Assembly: GCA_963734495.1 (NCBI GenBank)
Contig: CAVTHK010000007.1
Location: 64,001 to 128,000, forward strand
DNA from: an uncultured Spirochaetota bacterium
Lineage (GTDB): Bacteria; Spirochaetota; Spirochaetia; SZUA-6; CAVTHK01
Reading direction: 5' to 3'
DNA: 64,000 nucleotides
Shown here: positions 8,436 to 18,122 of the stretch, in pieces
How the letters are laid out: every line of letters starts with the position of its first letter
Position numbering within the stretch: the first letter of the stretch is position 1
The notes under the pieces: generated by a model
What the model saw: the letters and a program-made list of their open reading frames with translations, nothing else
Database searches by the model: none
Told to the model about the DNA's origin: nothing
Made by a program: the position numbers and the translations under genes

Positions 8436-11078
8436 TCAGCTCGCGTCCGCCTCGGCGATGTTGTGCTGGGCGATCACCAGGTTCGCGACCGGCACCGAGT
8501 ACACCGAGCAGGAGACGTAGTCGAGCCCCGCCTGCATGCAGAACTCGATGTTCTCCGGCACCGCGCCGTGCTCGCCGCAGAGCCCGGTCTCGAGGCCCGG
8601 CCGCGTCATCCCGCCGCGCTTGACCGCGATCGCCACCAGCTCCTTGACGTAGTCGTTGAGGATCTGGAAGGGGTTGGCGGCCAGCAGGTCGAACTGGGTG
8701 TAGTCCGGCATGAAGCTGTTGATGTCGTCGCGCGAAAGGCCCGTCGTCGTCTGGGTCAGGTCGTTGGTGCCAAAGGAGAAGAACTCGGCGTACTTGGCGA
8801 TCTCGCCGGCTCCGAGTGCGGCCACGGGAAGCTCGATCATCGTGCCGATCTTGAACGGGACGGCGCGCGCCCTGGCCCTGGTGCGGACCTCGCGCTCGAT
8901 CTCCGCCAGGCCGCGGATCTCCTTGCCCTCGATCTTCTTGCCGTAGACGATGAGCTTGAGCTCGTTGTCGTTCATCACGACCGGGATCATGACCTCCGGG
9001 TCGACCTTGACGCCTTCCTTCTGCAGCTCGTAGACCGCCTCGAAGATCGCCTGGACCTGCATCTCGTAGATCTCGGGGTAGGAGACCGCGATGCGGCAGC
9101 CGCGGTGGCCGAGCATCGGGTTCATCTCGTGGAGGGCGTCGATCCGCGCCTGCACGTCGGCCCTGGACATCAGCCCGCTCTTGCGTCCCTTGTTGAGGTA
9201 ATCCATGAAGGCGCCGAGCTCCGCCGCCGTATGCGGCATGAACTCGTGCAGGGGCGCGTCGAGGAGCCGGATCGTGACCGGCTTGCCGCGCATGATCTTG
9301 AACAGCTTGTAGAAGTCCTGCCTCTGCACGCCCTTGAGCTTCGCCAGCGTGGCGACGCGCTCCTCGCGCGTCTCGGCGAACACCATCTGGCGGAAGAGGT
9401 TGATCCTCTCCTCCTGGAAGAACATGTGCTCGGTGCGCACGAGGCCGATGCCCTCGGCGCCGAAGCTCCTGGCGAGCTCCGCGTCCCGCGGCTTGTCGGC
9501 GTTGACGCGGACGTGGAAGTGCTTGACGTACTTCTTGACGATGCCGACGAAATCCAGCAGCCCGGAGTCGCCGGGGTCGGGCTCGATCGTGGACGCCTTG
9601 CCCAGGTAGATGTGGCACTCACCGTGGTTCGGCACGTCGACGGTCACATAGTCGCCCTGGTTGATGGTCACCGGGCCGATGGTCGCCTTGTTGGAGTAGA
9701 TGCGCATTTCGGGCTTCACGAGCGAGACCTTGCCGTACTGGCGCGCCACGACCGACGCGTGCGCCGCGTACCCGCCTTCGCTCGAGAGCACTCCGGTGGC
9801 CACCTCGATCGCCTTGACGTCCTCGGCGTACGAGGCCGGCAGGCAGAGGATCAGCCGCGGGTCCTGGCCCGTCTGGGCCGCGACCTTGGCCTCGGCCAGC
9901 AGGCCCTCCGTCGAGAAGAAGATGCGGCCGATGGCGGCGCCGGGCGCGCCGGCGATGCCGCCGGGGATCGTCTTGAGGCCCTTGATCGAGGACCGGTCGA
10001 CGATCGGGTGCAGGATGTCGGCGAGCTGGTTGGGCTTGACGTTCTGCACCAGGTACTTGTCGTCGATCAGCTTGCGCGAGTGCAGGTCGAGCAGCGTCCT
10101 GATGTCGGCCTGGGCGCTCTTGGAGATCACCGGCCGCTGGTCGATCAGCCAGAGCTTCTTGTTCTCGATCGTGAACCGCAGCGAGCGGATCTCGCGGAAG
10201 TGGTCCTCCACGGTCCGCGCGATCTTCTGGAGCTTGGTCAGGTAGGCGGGCGCGATCCTGTTGATGTCCTTGCCCGCGCCGACGACCGAGTCGAATTTCT
10301 CCTGGAAGAACTCGCCCTGCAGCTCGTTGGCGCCGAGCTGGATGTCGCGCGTAAAGAACATGCCGCTCGCCGAATCGCGGCCGTAGTTGCCGTACACCAT
10401 CGGCTGGATCAGCAGGGCGGTGTCGGCGGCCTCGGGGTCCTCGAGGCGCAGCATGTGGGCGACGCGGCGGATGGCGATCTCGAGCTGGCCGTAAGCGTCG
10501 TCGAAAAAGCCCTTGGGCAGCAGCGGCAGGTACTTGTCGATGTACTTCTGCCACTCCTTCGCGGGCAGGTCGTTCTTCAGGACCCGGCCGATCTCCGCCT
10601 GAGCCTCCTTGATGCGGGCCTGGTCCTTCGGCCGGCCCTCGGCCTCCGCGATCGCGGCTTCCACCGTGAACTGGCCGTTGAAGAGGAACAGCACCTCGTG
10701 CCACGCGAAGTTCTGGCCGACGAACTTGGCGAACCCCTCGATCGTGCCCTTGGCGAGCCCGTAGTTGTGCAGCACGGGGTGCGTCGCGATCACGAGGCTC
10801 GGGCTGATGACGATCTTGACCAGCATCGGGTTGCCGGTGTCGCCGAACACCTTGCCGACCTTGGGCTCGATGCGCTTGAAGCTGGTCTTCAGGCTCGCGG
10901 TGAGCGGCTGGTCTTTCAGAGTCGCCGTGAGCTCCGAGTCGAGGATGAACCCGGGCAGGATCGGCAGGCCGAGCTCGGCCAGGTCCATGACGTCGCGCCC
11001 GCGCGTCCCGATCGTCTCGAGGACCGCGGCGTCCTTTGCGTGCTCCGTGGCACTGAAGAAATGTATGTTGTTCTTCAT
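8436..11078 (-). CDS. Pyruvate phosphate dikinase-like PEP-utilising protein with a divergent nucleotide-binding domain
   Basis: GIGLVRTEHMF, TIRLLD, EMNPMLGHRGCR, FSFGTNDLTQ, CGEHG; His domain GGYAAHASVVAR; N-terminal ATP motifs altered. Confidence 0.9.
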   Translation of the reverse strand: MKNNIHFFSATEHAKDAAVLETIGTRGRDVMDLAELGLPILPGFILDSELTATLKDQPLTASLKTSFKRIEPKVGKVFGDTGNPMLVKIVISPSLVIATHPVLHNYGLAKGTIEGFAKFVGQNFAWHEVLFLFNGQFTVEAAIAEAEGRPKDQARIKEAQAEIGRVLKNDLPAKEWQKYIDKYLPLLPKGFFDDAYGQLEIAIRRVAHMLRLEDPEAADTALLIQPMVYGNYGRDSASGMFFTRDIQLGANELQGEFFQEKFDSVVGAGKDINRIAPAYLTKLQKIARTVEDHFREIRSLRFTIENKKLWLIDQRPVISKSAQADIRTLLDLHSRKLIDDKYLVQNVKPNQLADILHPIVDRSSIKGLKTIPGGIAGAPGAAIGRIFFSTEGLLAEAKVAAQTGQDPRLILCLPASYAEDVKAIEVATGVLSSEGGYAAHASVVARQYGKVSLVKPEMRIYSNKATIGPVTINQGDYVTVDVPNHGECHIYLGKASTIEPDPGDSGLLDFVGIVKKYVKHFHVRVNADKPRDAELARSFGAEGIGLVRTEHMFFQEERINLFRQMVFAETREERVATLAKLKGVQRQDFYKLFKIMRGKPVTIRLLDAPLHEFMPHTAAELGAFMDYLNKGRKSGLMSRADVQARIDALHEMNPMLGHRGCRIAVSYPEIYEMQVQAIFEAVYELQKEGVKVDPEVMIPVVMNDNELKLIVYGKKIEGKEIRGLAEIEREVRTRARARAVPFKIGTMIELPVAALGAGEIAKYAEFFSFGTNDLTQTTTGLSRDDINSFMPDYTQFDLLAANPFQILNDYVKELVAIAVKRGGMTRPGLETGLCGEHGAVPENIEFCMQAGLDYVSCSVYSVPVANLVIAQHNIAEADAS

Positions 11079-11135
11079 CGTATGCGCCCCTAGCGCGGTC
11101 CCCCGCGCTGTCTTTCTGCGCGGTCCGCCGCGCCC

Positions 11136-12203
11136 CTAGAAGAGGTTCAGGATCTGGCCCGGGCTGCCCTTGAGGAAAGCCTCGAACAGGTGGCTCGCCC
11201 CCTGCTTGAGGTAGCGCTGGAGCTTCGCCACGTCGCCGATGTTCTCGCCCTGCACCGAGAACATGACCGGCGTCCCCCTCTTGACCTTGCCCCACTTGAA
11301 CAGGGTGTTGATGTCGTGGATCCTCTCGCCCTCGTAGTAGACGTTGACCCGCAGGCCCGCGTGCGAGTGCTCGTAGCTCTGGATGATCTTTTTCCAGGCC
11401 TCGACGTTTCCGTTGTGGAAGAGCTCGTTGGTGACGAGCACGCCGTACAGCGGCGTCATGCGAACCCGGCCCGCGGCCGGGAGGGGCGCGGCAGCCGGCG
11501 CCGCGGCGGGCGCCGCCGCGGGAGCAGCGGCGGCCGCGGGGAACGCCGCCGCGGGGGCTGCGGCCCGCGCAGCGGGCGCGCGGCCGGCGCGCCGCGGCCC
11601 TGCGCCCCGGGCCCTGCCCGCGGCGCGCGGCACCGGCGCCGCGGCGGCCCGTGCCGCCTTTTTTGCCGGCGGCTTGAACCGGCCGCCGGTAAATGCGGAC
11701 GGAGTCTTGACCTTGCGGCCCTCCAGCAGCGCGATCAGGGTGTCGACGGCCTGGCCAAAGGCCGGACGGTCGTCGGTCTGACCGAAGGCGCCGCAGTAAA
11801 CCGTGACGAGCTCCGTCTTCTTGAACGACTGGACCGCCTTGAGGTGGTCTTCGTTCTTCGGGTTGATCAGCGTCAGGCCCAGCTCGGGCGAGTAGTAGGC
11901 GATCACGACGTCCACCGCGGTCCAGCGGCTGCACTCTTCGCGGATCGCATCGAGGTCCTCGACGTTCTCGGTGAGGTTGTGGGAGCGCGAGCGGTAGTGG
12001 TAGCGGTCGACCAGAAGGGCGTTCGCGATGGGCTGGATCTGCGCGCCTTCGATCGCTTTGGATCCCAGAAGCTCGTTGACCTGGTCAGCGAGGTTGGTGT
12101 TGCCCTCGAGGTCGCCCACGATGGCCATGACCTGCTTGAAGTGACGCAGGGACAGGTTGAAGCCCTCGCGCGTCGCCAAGCCCTCGTACTGGGTGCTAAG
12201 CAT
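11136..12203 (-). CDS. Two-domain hypothetical protein between cfpA and the PPDK-like gene
   Basis: Good codon usage; SD AGGAAGG before ATG 12203; Ala/Pro/Arg-rich linker; C-terminal domain NELFHNGNVEAWK...LFKWGKVK. Confidence 0.85.
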   Translation of the reverse strand: MLSTQYEGLATREGFNLSLRHFKQVMAIVGDLEGNTNLADQVNELLGSKAIEGAQIQPIANALLVDRYHYRSRSHNLTENVEDLDAIREECSRWTAVDVVIAYYSPELGLTLINPKNEDHLKAVQSFKKTELVTVYCGAFGQTDDRPAFGQAVDTLIALLEGRKVKTPSAFTGGRFKPPAKKAARAAAAPVPRAAGRARGAGPRRAGRAPAARAAAPAAAFPAAAAAPAAAPAAAPAAAPLPAAGRVRMTPLYGVLVTNELFHNGNVEAWKKIIQSYEHSHAGLRVNVYYEGERIHDINTLFKWGKVKRGTPVMFSVQGENIGDVAKLQRYLKQGASHLFEAFLKGSPGQILNLF

Positions 12204-12273
12204 AATGCCTTCCTGTAAATTAAAATGGTGACCCCCCCGGAGAGAGGTCACCATTTCATCTCATGTCGAAAGT

Positions 12274-14328
12274 TCAGATCTCGGTGAGACCGCTGCGGTC
12301 CCCGCCGCGGCCGCGTCCGCCGCGCGCGCGCCCTCTGCCTCCGCGCCGCCCGGTGTCCACGACGCCGCGTCCGCGCCGTCCCGCCGGGGTCCTGCGCCTC
12401 GCCGCGGCGGGCGCCGGGGCCTGCGCTGCCGGCTCGTTGAGGGCCGCGAGATAGTCGGCGCCCGACGTGGCCGGCTGCCCGGCCGCTTCGGCCTCGGCCG
12501 TCCCGGCGAACGACTGGGCGATGTCCTCGCGGACGGTCGAGCGCCTGCGGGAGAACGAGGCGAAGGCGGCGTCCGCGAAGCCCTTGGACACGCCGTTCAG
12601 GAACTCGTTCAGCACGTTGGCCATGCCGTCGAGAGTGGCCTTCTTCTTCTTGATCGAGGTGATGTCGACGTCCAGCATGAGGCCGGGCTGCATGTGGTAG
12701 GGGTTGATCTTGTAGTCGTACTCGTTGAAGTTCTGCTCGAGCACCTGAAGCCGCTCTTCCATGACGCGGCGCTGGATCGGGTACCGGTAGCTGTACATCC
12801 TGGCGAGCTGCTCGCGCATGAGGATCAGCCGCTTCTTGATCTTGCCCTTCTCGAAGAGGTAGGTGCGGTTCATCCGCTCGACGTCGGTGTCGCCCGGGTT
12901 GATGAACGTGATCTCGTCCCAGGTCTTCTCGATGTCCTCGTACAGCGGGTCGCCGGTGCGAGCCTTGATCCGCTTGCGGATCTTGTTCCGCTGCCGCTTG
13001 GCGAGGTCGTTGAAGTCCACGATCCCTTTCATGAACTTGCTGTCGACATAGGTCATGTCGAGCACGTCCCAGAGGTGCTGCACCTCGATCTCGAAGCTCT
13101 GGATCTGGGCATCGTAGGCCTTGCGCTCCTCGATGAGCTGGGAGCTGTCGTAGTACTTCATCCGGATCTGGTAGCGCTCGTCCGGCAGCTGGCTGGCATC
13201 GGTCTCCTCGTACTCGCGCAGCATCATCTCGCGCGCGTTCTTGAGGTTCTCGATGTACTGGTAGCCCATCTTGGAGGTGTCGAGGATCGACGTGATCGAG
13301 TTGATCGCGGTGTTGAAGCCCCGGTTGCGGATGTTCTCGACGTCGATGATCTTCTTCAGGTTCTCGCGGATGTTCAGGGGGTCGTACTCGTTGGGGTCGA
13401 TCTCGGCGCGCAGGCCCTCGATGCGGTCCATGAGGTGCTTGCCGAAGAACTGGTAGCGCCGGCTCTTGGCGTTCTCCTTGTCGTCGGCCGCGTAGTTCTC
13501 GACCCGCCTCATCTTCTCGAAGATGATCTCGGAGTCGTTGAGCTCTTCCTTGCCTTCCTCGACGAGCTGCTCCTTGAGCTTCTCGATCTCGTGATCGATG
13601 TGGTCCATGATCATCTTGGAGATGAGGTCCTTGATGATGTACTCGACGGTGACCTGGTAGTGGAAGATCGGGCTGATGAGCTCGGAGTCCAGGATGTTCA
13701 CCGAGAGCTTGACGTCCGAGACCGTCTTGGGCCTGCGGAGGTTGTCCTTGAAGGAGCACTTGATGATCGAGTAGGCGTTCTCGCCGCGGATAAAGGCGCC
13801 GACGTCGGTCTTCTGCCGCAGGAGCGAGTTGGTCAGGTTCTCCAGGTCGTTGACGCCGCGCTGGATGTGGCCCTGGAGGTGGCCGTACATGTTGACGATC
13901 GACTTCTCGATCTCACCGGTGTTGAACTTGTCCGCGCCGCCGACCTCGTCGAGCAGGCTCGCGATCTCCTTGGGAGTGTAGCGGGCGAGGACCTTGGTCT
14001 CTTCCTTGTCGATGAAGTTGCGGACCTTCTTCACCATCTCGTCTTCCGACGTGACGATGTAGCGGTTGAACATGTTCTGGTAGTGCTGGTTGAAGTAGTT
14101 GTAGACTTTCTCCTTCAACCCGCCCATTATGTCAACTCTCTCCAAGACCTCCTTGGGGAGCTTGGAGGTCATGTGGTTCATGACCTTGTCGACTTCCTCG
14201 GTCAGGAGCAGGTCCACCTCGGCCTGCTGGTCACGGAACTCCTGGGCAAGAGAGTTCCTCGAACCGACGGCGCTGGGCTTTTCAGGGTGGAATATGTTCG
14301 GGCTCTTGGGAAGATCAATCGCTGCCAT
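12274..14328 (-). CDS. cfpA: Cytoplasmic filament protein CfpA
   Basis: N-terminus [25 protein letters not shown] recognised as treponemal CfpA; coiled-coil rich; SD TAAGGAG. Confidence 0.9.
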   Translation of the reverse strand: MAAIDLPKSPNIFHPEKPSAVGSRNSLAQEFRDQQAEVDLLLTEEVDKVMNHMTSKLPKEVLERVDIMGGLKEKVYNYFNQHYQNMFNRYIVTSEDEMVKKVRNFIDKEETKVLARYTPKEIASLLDEVGGADKFNTGEIEKSIVNMYGHLQGHIQRGVNDLENLTNSLLRQKTDVGAFIRGENAYSIIKCSFKDNLRRPKTVSDVKLSVNILDSELISPIFHYQVTVEYIIKDLISKMIMDHIDHEIEKLKEQLVEEGKEELNDSEIIFEKMRRVENYAADDKENAKSRRYQFFGKHLMDRIEGLRAEIDPNEYDPLNIRENLKKIIDVENIRNRGFNTAINSITSILDTSKMGYQYIENLKNAREMMLREYEETDASQLPDERYQIRMKYYDSSQLIEERKAYDAQIQSFEIEVQHLWDVLDMTYVDSKFMKGIVDFNDLAKRQRNKIRKRIKARTGDPLYEDIEKTWDEITFINPGDTDVERMNRTYLFEKGKIKKRLILMREQLARMYSYRYPIQRRVMEERLQVLEQNFNEYDYKINPYHMQPGLMLDVDITSIKKKKATLDGMANVLNEFLNGVSKGFADAAFASFSRRRSTVREDIAQSFAGTAEAEAAGQPATSGADYLAALNEPAAQAPAPAAARRRTPAGRRGRGVVDTGRRGGRGRARGGRGRGGDRSGLTEI

Positions 14329-14466
14329 TCGACACACTCCTTACGGCGATTTCGCGACAAAGATTAGCTCTTCACAACCGAAATGTAAAGCTCGTTTTCT
14401 CGTTTTTTCCCTTCCATTATTCTGTTTTTTGCGGCAATGTTAGTGGAAATACGCCGGGGGTGCAGC

Positions 14467-15999
14467 ATGCCGCGAACTTTTGTCCGTCCCTTCCTGGCGG
14501 CGCTCCTGTCATGTGTCGCCCTCGTCTCGGCGGCGGCAGACGACAGGACTGAGCCGATCGACTTCATGATAGCACTTGACCGCTCGCTTTCCATGCGCCA
14601 GGAAATCGACGCGGTCAAGGAGTACGTGAAGACCCAAGTCGTCGACCAGATCCTCCAGCCCGGCGACACCTTCATCGTGGTCGCCTTCTACGGACAGAAC
14701 GAGTTGGCGGTCTTCGAGAACCTGACCGCCGCGACCGACAAGGCGGCGATCAAGCGGACCATCGACGGCCTCACGCCCAAGGAGGCCTTCACCGACATCG
14801 GCTTCGCTCTCGACCGTCTGCGGGACGAGGTGCGCACGCGGTGCAACCCGACGCACAAGAAGACCCTGATCCTGGTCACCGACGGCATCGACGAGCCGCC
14901 GCCCGGCAGCAAGTACTCCGATCCCGGCAGCTGGCGGGGCCACGAGTACATGCGCGTCACCAGCGAGACGCAGAAGGAAGGCTGGAAAGTCATCGTGCTC
15001 GGCGTCGGCGACCAGACTCTCGCCCCGTCGGGCGGGACCCCGGGCGCGCCGGGGACCTCGGTCACGCCGGGAACGACCGGCGCGGGCGCGGCCCCCGGAA
15101 CTACGGGGACGACGGGCAAGACAGGGGCCGCGGCCGAGCCGAGCTCCGTGCAGCAGCTCGCCAAGGACCTCGGGGGCCAGTACGTGCCGGCAGGCCAGCA
15201 GCCGAGCGCCGGACAGATCGCCCAGGTGATGCCCGACCTGACAGGCCGGATGACGGTCGAAGGGATCTCCGTCAGCCCGATGAACCGCTCCGGCGAGGCG
15301 CAGGCGGTGGTTCGCGTGAAGACCGAGTCGTACAGCTCGCGGCCTCAGATCTGGATCTCCGGGCTGTCCTTCAAAGGTGAAGGGCCATCCGGCCCCGTCA
15401 GCCTCGACGGCCTGATCAGCCAGCCCGTCATCGTGCCCCTGCCCCAGTCGGGGGTCACGGAGCTCCATCTCGACCTGCGCGCGGCGCAGCCCCCGTCGCC
15501 GGGATCGTACAAAGGGACCCTCGAGTTCGCGTTCGGCGACAAGGACCAGTTCCCCGCGAGCCAGCCCGTCGAGATGCGCGTGAACTCGCTGCTGCAGGAG
15601 TACCCGTGGATCGTGCCCGTGGCAGCCGTGGCTCTCGCCGCGGTCGTCGCGCTCCTGCTGCTCGGGATCGCCGCCTCGAACCGGATCAAGGTCCGGCTGC
15701 TGGTCGAGGAAAAGCCCATGCCGGCGGGCAGGGACGTCTTCAGCCTGCGCAAAGGCAGGGACTCGTACCTGCGGGAGGCCCGCGAGCGGTTCGACATCGC
15801 CGAGGTGAGGACCCCCAAGACGATCGCGCGCCTGGTGGCCAGCAGGGCCGGCGGCGCGAAAGAGGTGTCCCTGGCCAGGGTCAAGCCCGAGCGCTTCCCG
15901 GAGCTGGACGACGACGAGCAGAACGTGCTCGACGGCCGCTACGTCGTGCGCTCCGAGACCGGGGGAACCTTCCACCTGAGATTCGAGCGTGTCCCGTAG
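14467..15999 (+). CDS. Exported VWA-domain membrane protein
   Basis: Signal peptide; MIDAS DRSLS...T...TDG; Gly/Thr/Pro linker; TM helix near the C-terminus. Confidence 0.85.
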   Translation: MPRTFVRPFLAALLSCVALVSAAADDRTEPIDFMIALDRSLSMRQEIDAVKEYVKTQVVDQILQPGDTFIVVAFYGQNELAVFENLTAATDKAAIKRTIDGLTPKEAFTDIGFALDRLRDEVRTRCNPTHKKTLILVTDGIDEPPPGSKYSDPGSWRGHEYMRVTSETQKEGWKVIVLGVGDQTLAPSGGTPGAPGTSVTPGTTGAGAAPGTTGTTGKTGAAAEPSSVQQLAKDLGGQYVPAGQQPSAGQIAQVMPDLTGRMTVEGISVSPMNRSGEAQAVVRVKTESYSSRPQIWISGLSFKGEGPSGPVSLDGLISQPVIVPLPQSGVTELHLDLRAAQPPSPGSYKGTLEFAFGDKDQFPASQPVEMRVNSLLQEYPWIVPVAAVALAAVVALLLLGIAASNRIKVRLLVEEKPMPAGRDVFSLRKGRDSYLREARERFDIAEVRTPKTIARLVASRAGGAKEVSLARVKPERFPELDDDEQNVLDGRYVVRSETGGTFHLRFERVP

Positions 16000-17141
16000 T
16001 CCGGAGCGGCCCTGCCTCCTCGTCTTCGAGCGAGGTCTCTCGATACCGATTCCGGACCTGCGGAGGTTGCCGGGCCTCTTGTTCCCGGTGCTGGGGGACT
16101 ACTGCCTGCTCGACTTTCTCCTCGCGTCGCTTGCGACCCCTCGAGCCGCGCGTGATCATCGCGCTCGAGGAGCGCGCGCGCGACCTCCTCGCGCCCGCGA
16201 TGGAGCGCTGGGCGGGATTCGGCGTCGAAACGGTCGTGCTGGAGCCGGGCGCGGAAGCCGTGGCGGAGCTCCTGGGGTCGATCGACTCGGAGGAGCTGCT
16301 GATCTGCTCCACGACCTTCGCGGCGATGTTCGACCCGGCGCGCCTGGCGTCGGAGCTGCGCACCCCGCGCAGGGAGCGGCTCTCGAAGATCACTGTGGAC
16401 GGGACACCGCTGGACTTCTATGCGGCCCGCAAGAAGAGCCTGATCGCGGCCCTCCGCGAGCCGACGGCGCACGCGAACGCGGAGGAGCCCTTCATCGACG
16501 CGTTCTTCGAGCGCAGGCTGCACGCCGGCTTCAACCACGTGACGGAGCTCCCCGGGAGGGTCGTCCTGTGCCGCAACCTGACGCAGTTCTACCATCAGAA
16601 CCTCTACATGGCGCGCCGCCCCGTGGAGTGGGCCTCCTGGCGCGACCGGCTCGACCGCTTTCGCGGTGAGAGCCGGGCCGTCTACGTCGCCGCGAGCGGC
16701 TACGTCAAGAGCTCGCTCCTCTCCTCGGGCACCGACGTCGCGGGCGAGGTGGAGAACTCGGTCCTTTACCCGGGAGTCACCGTCGCCGCCGGTTCGCTGG
16801 TGCGCGACTCGGTGGTGATGAGCCATAATCATGTCGGCCGCGGGGCGGTGCTGCAGCGGACCCTGGTGCTGCCGGGACGCGACCGCATCCGCAGCCGCCC
16901 GACCGTGGAGGAAAAGGCAGTCGTGGGAGGGGAGACGGTCAACATCAGCAACAGCCGGTTCCCGGAGCAGATCCGCGACGGGATCACGGTGATCGGTCCG
17001 GGCGTCGAGGTGCCGCGGGGCATCGCCGTCGATCAGGGGTGCTACCTGAGCGCCTCCTACCCGCCGGCGGCCCTCAAACGCCTGCACAAGCTCGCGAGGG
17101 GGTCCAGTTACCTCATCGAGAAGGCCGCCGATGGGGTTTGA
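15989..17141 (+). CDS. GlgC/GlgD-like nucleotidyltransferase-family protein (one apparent frameshift near 16135)
   Basis: N-terminus LLFPVLGDYCLLDF in one frame; left-handed beta-helix GEVENSVLYPGVTVAAGSLVRDSVVM in another; no GGxGxRL motif. Confidence 0.65.
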
Positions 17142-18108
17142 GCATCTCGCCCGCTTCCTGCGGAGGCACGACCGGTTCATCATCACGGCGCACGAGACGC
17201 CCGACGGCGATGCGATCGGCAGCGAGGTCGCGGCGCTGCGCGCCCTGCGGCGCATGGGCAAGCGCGCCATCATCGTCAACGCAGACCCGTCCCCCTTCAA
17301 TTTCGCTTTCCTGGACCCCGGTTCCGAGACGGTGGTGCTCGCCCAGGCGGGCAGGCTTCCCGACGACCTGGCCGACAGCGCCCTGCTCGTGCTCGATGTC
17401 GCCGATCCCACCAACATCGGCGCGGTCTCGAGCCTGGTGCTGCCCAGGGTGCGCGACTTCTTCTACGTGGACCACCACGAAATCACCGGCCTCGACCCTC
17501 GGCACAACTACGTGGACCGGGACGCGTCGTCGACGTGCGAGATCCTCTATCGCCTCTTCGCGGAGCTCGGCCTCGCGATCGACTACGAGATCGCGCAGCC
17601 GCTCTTCGTGGGGATCGTCTACGACACGGGGAGCTTCGTCTATCCCAAGACGACGGCCTCGACCTTCGGCATCGCCCAGCGCCTCGTCGAGGCGGGCATC
17701 AGCCCGAACGACATCTACAGCCGGATCTACGAGTGCCGGACGATCTCGTTCCTCAAGCTCGAGGCGCGCGTGCTCGCCACCCTGGAGTTCCACTACGGCT
17801 ACGGCGTCGCCGTGCAGACCATGACGGCCGAAACGATCCGGGAGTCCGGGTCGGCGTACGAGGAGGCCCAGACGCTGATCAACACGCCGCTGAGCGCGGA
17901 AAAGGTCAAGGTGTCGATCTTCTTCAAGCAGAATCTCGAAGGGCTCGTGCGCTGCTCCCTGCGCTCCAAGGGCGACATCGACGTCGCATCCATCGCGAGC
18001 GACTACCGCGGCGGCGGCCACAGGACGGCGGCCGGCTTCAAGCTCGACCGCCCCCTTGAAGTCGTCAAGCCCGAAGTGCTACAAAAGCTCGCGGTCTACT
18101 TCCGGTAG
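17131..18108 (+). CDS. nrnA: DHH/DHHA1 phosphoesterase (oligoribonuclease/PAP phosphatase)
   Basis: HETPDGDAIGS, DHH, YDTGSF, SLRS, GGGH...AAG. Confidence 0.9.
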   Translation: MGFEHLARFLRRHDRFIITAHETPDGDAIGSEVAALRALRRMGKRAIIVNADPSPFNFAFLDPGSETVVLAQAGRLPDDLADSALLVLDVADPTNIGAVSSLVLPRVRDFFYVDHHEITGLDPRHNYVDRDASSTCEILYRLFAELGLAIDYEIAQPLFVGIVYDTGSFVYPKTTASTFGIAQRLVEAGISPNDIYSRIYECRTISFLKLEARVLATLEFHYGYGVAVQTMTAETIRESGSAYEEAQTLINTPLSAEKVKVSIFFKQNLEGLVRCSLRSKGDIDVASIASDYRGGGHRTAAGFKLDRPLEVVKPEVLQKLAVYFR

Positions 18109-18122
18109 CCGCCCGTCCCCCG

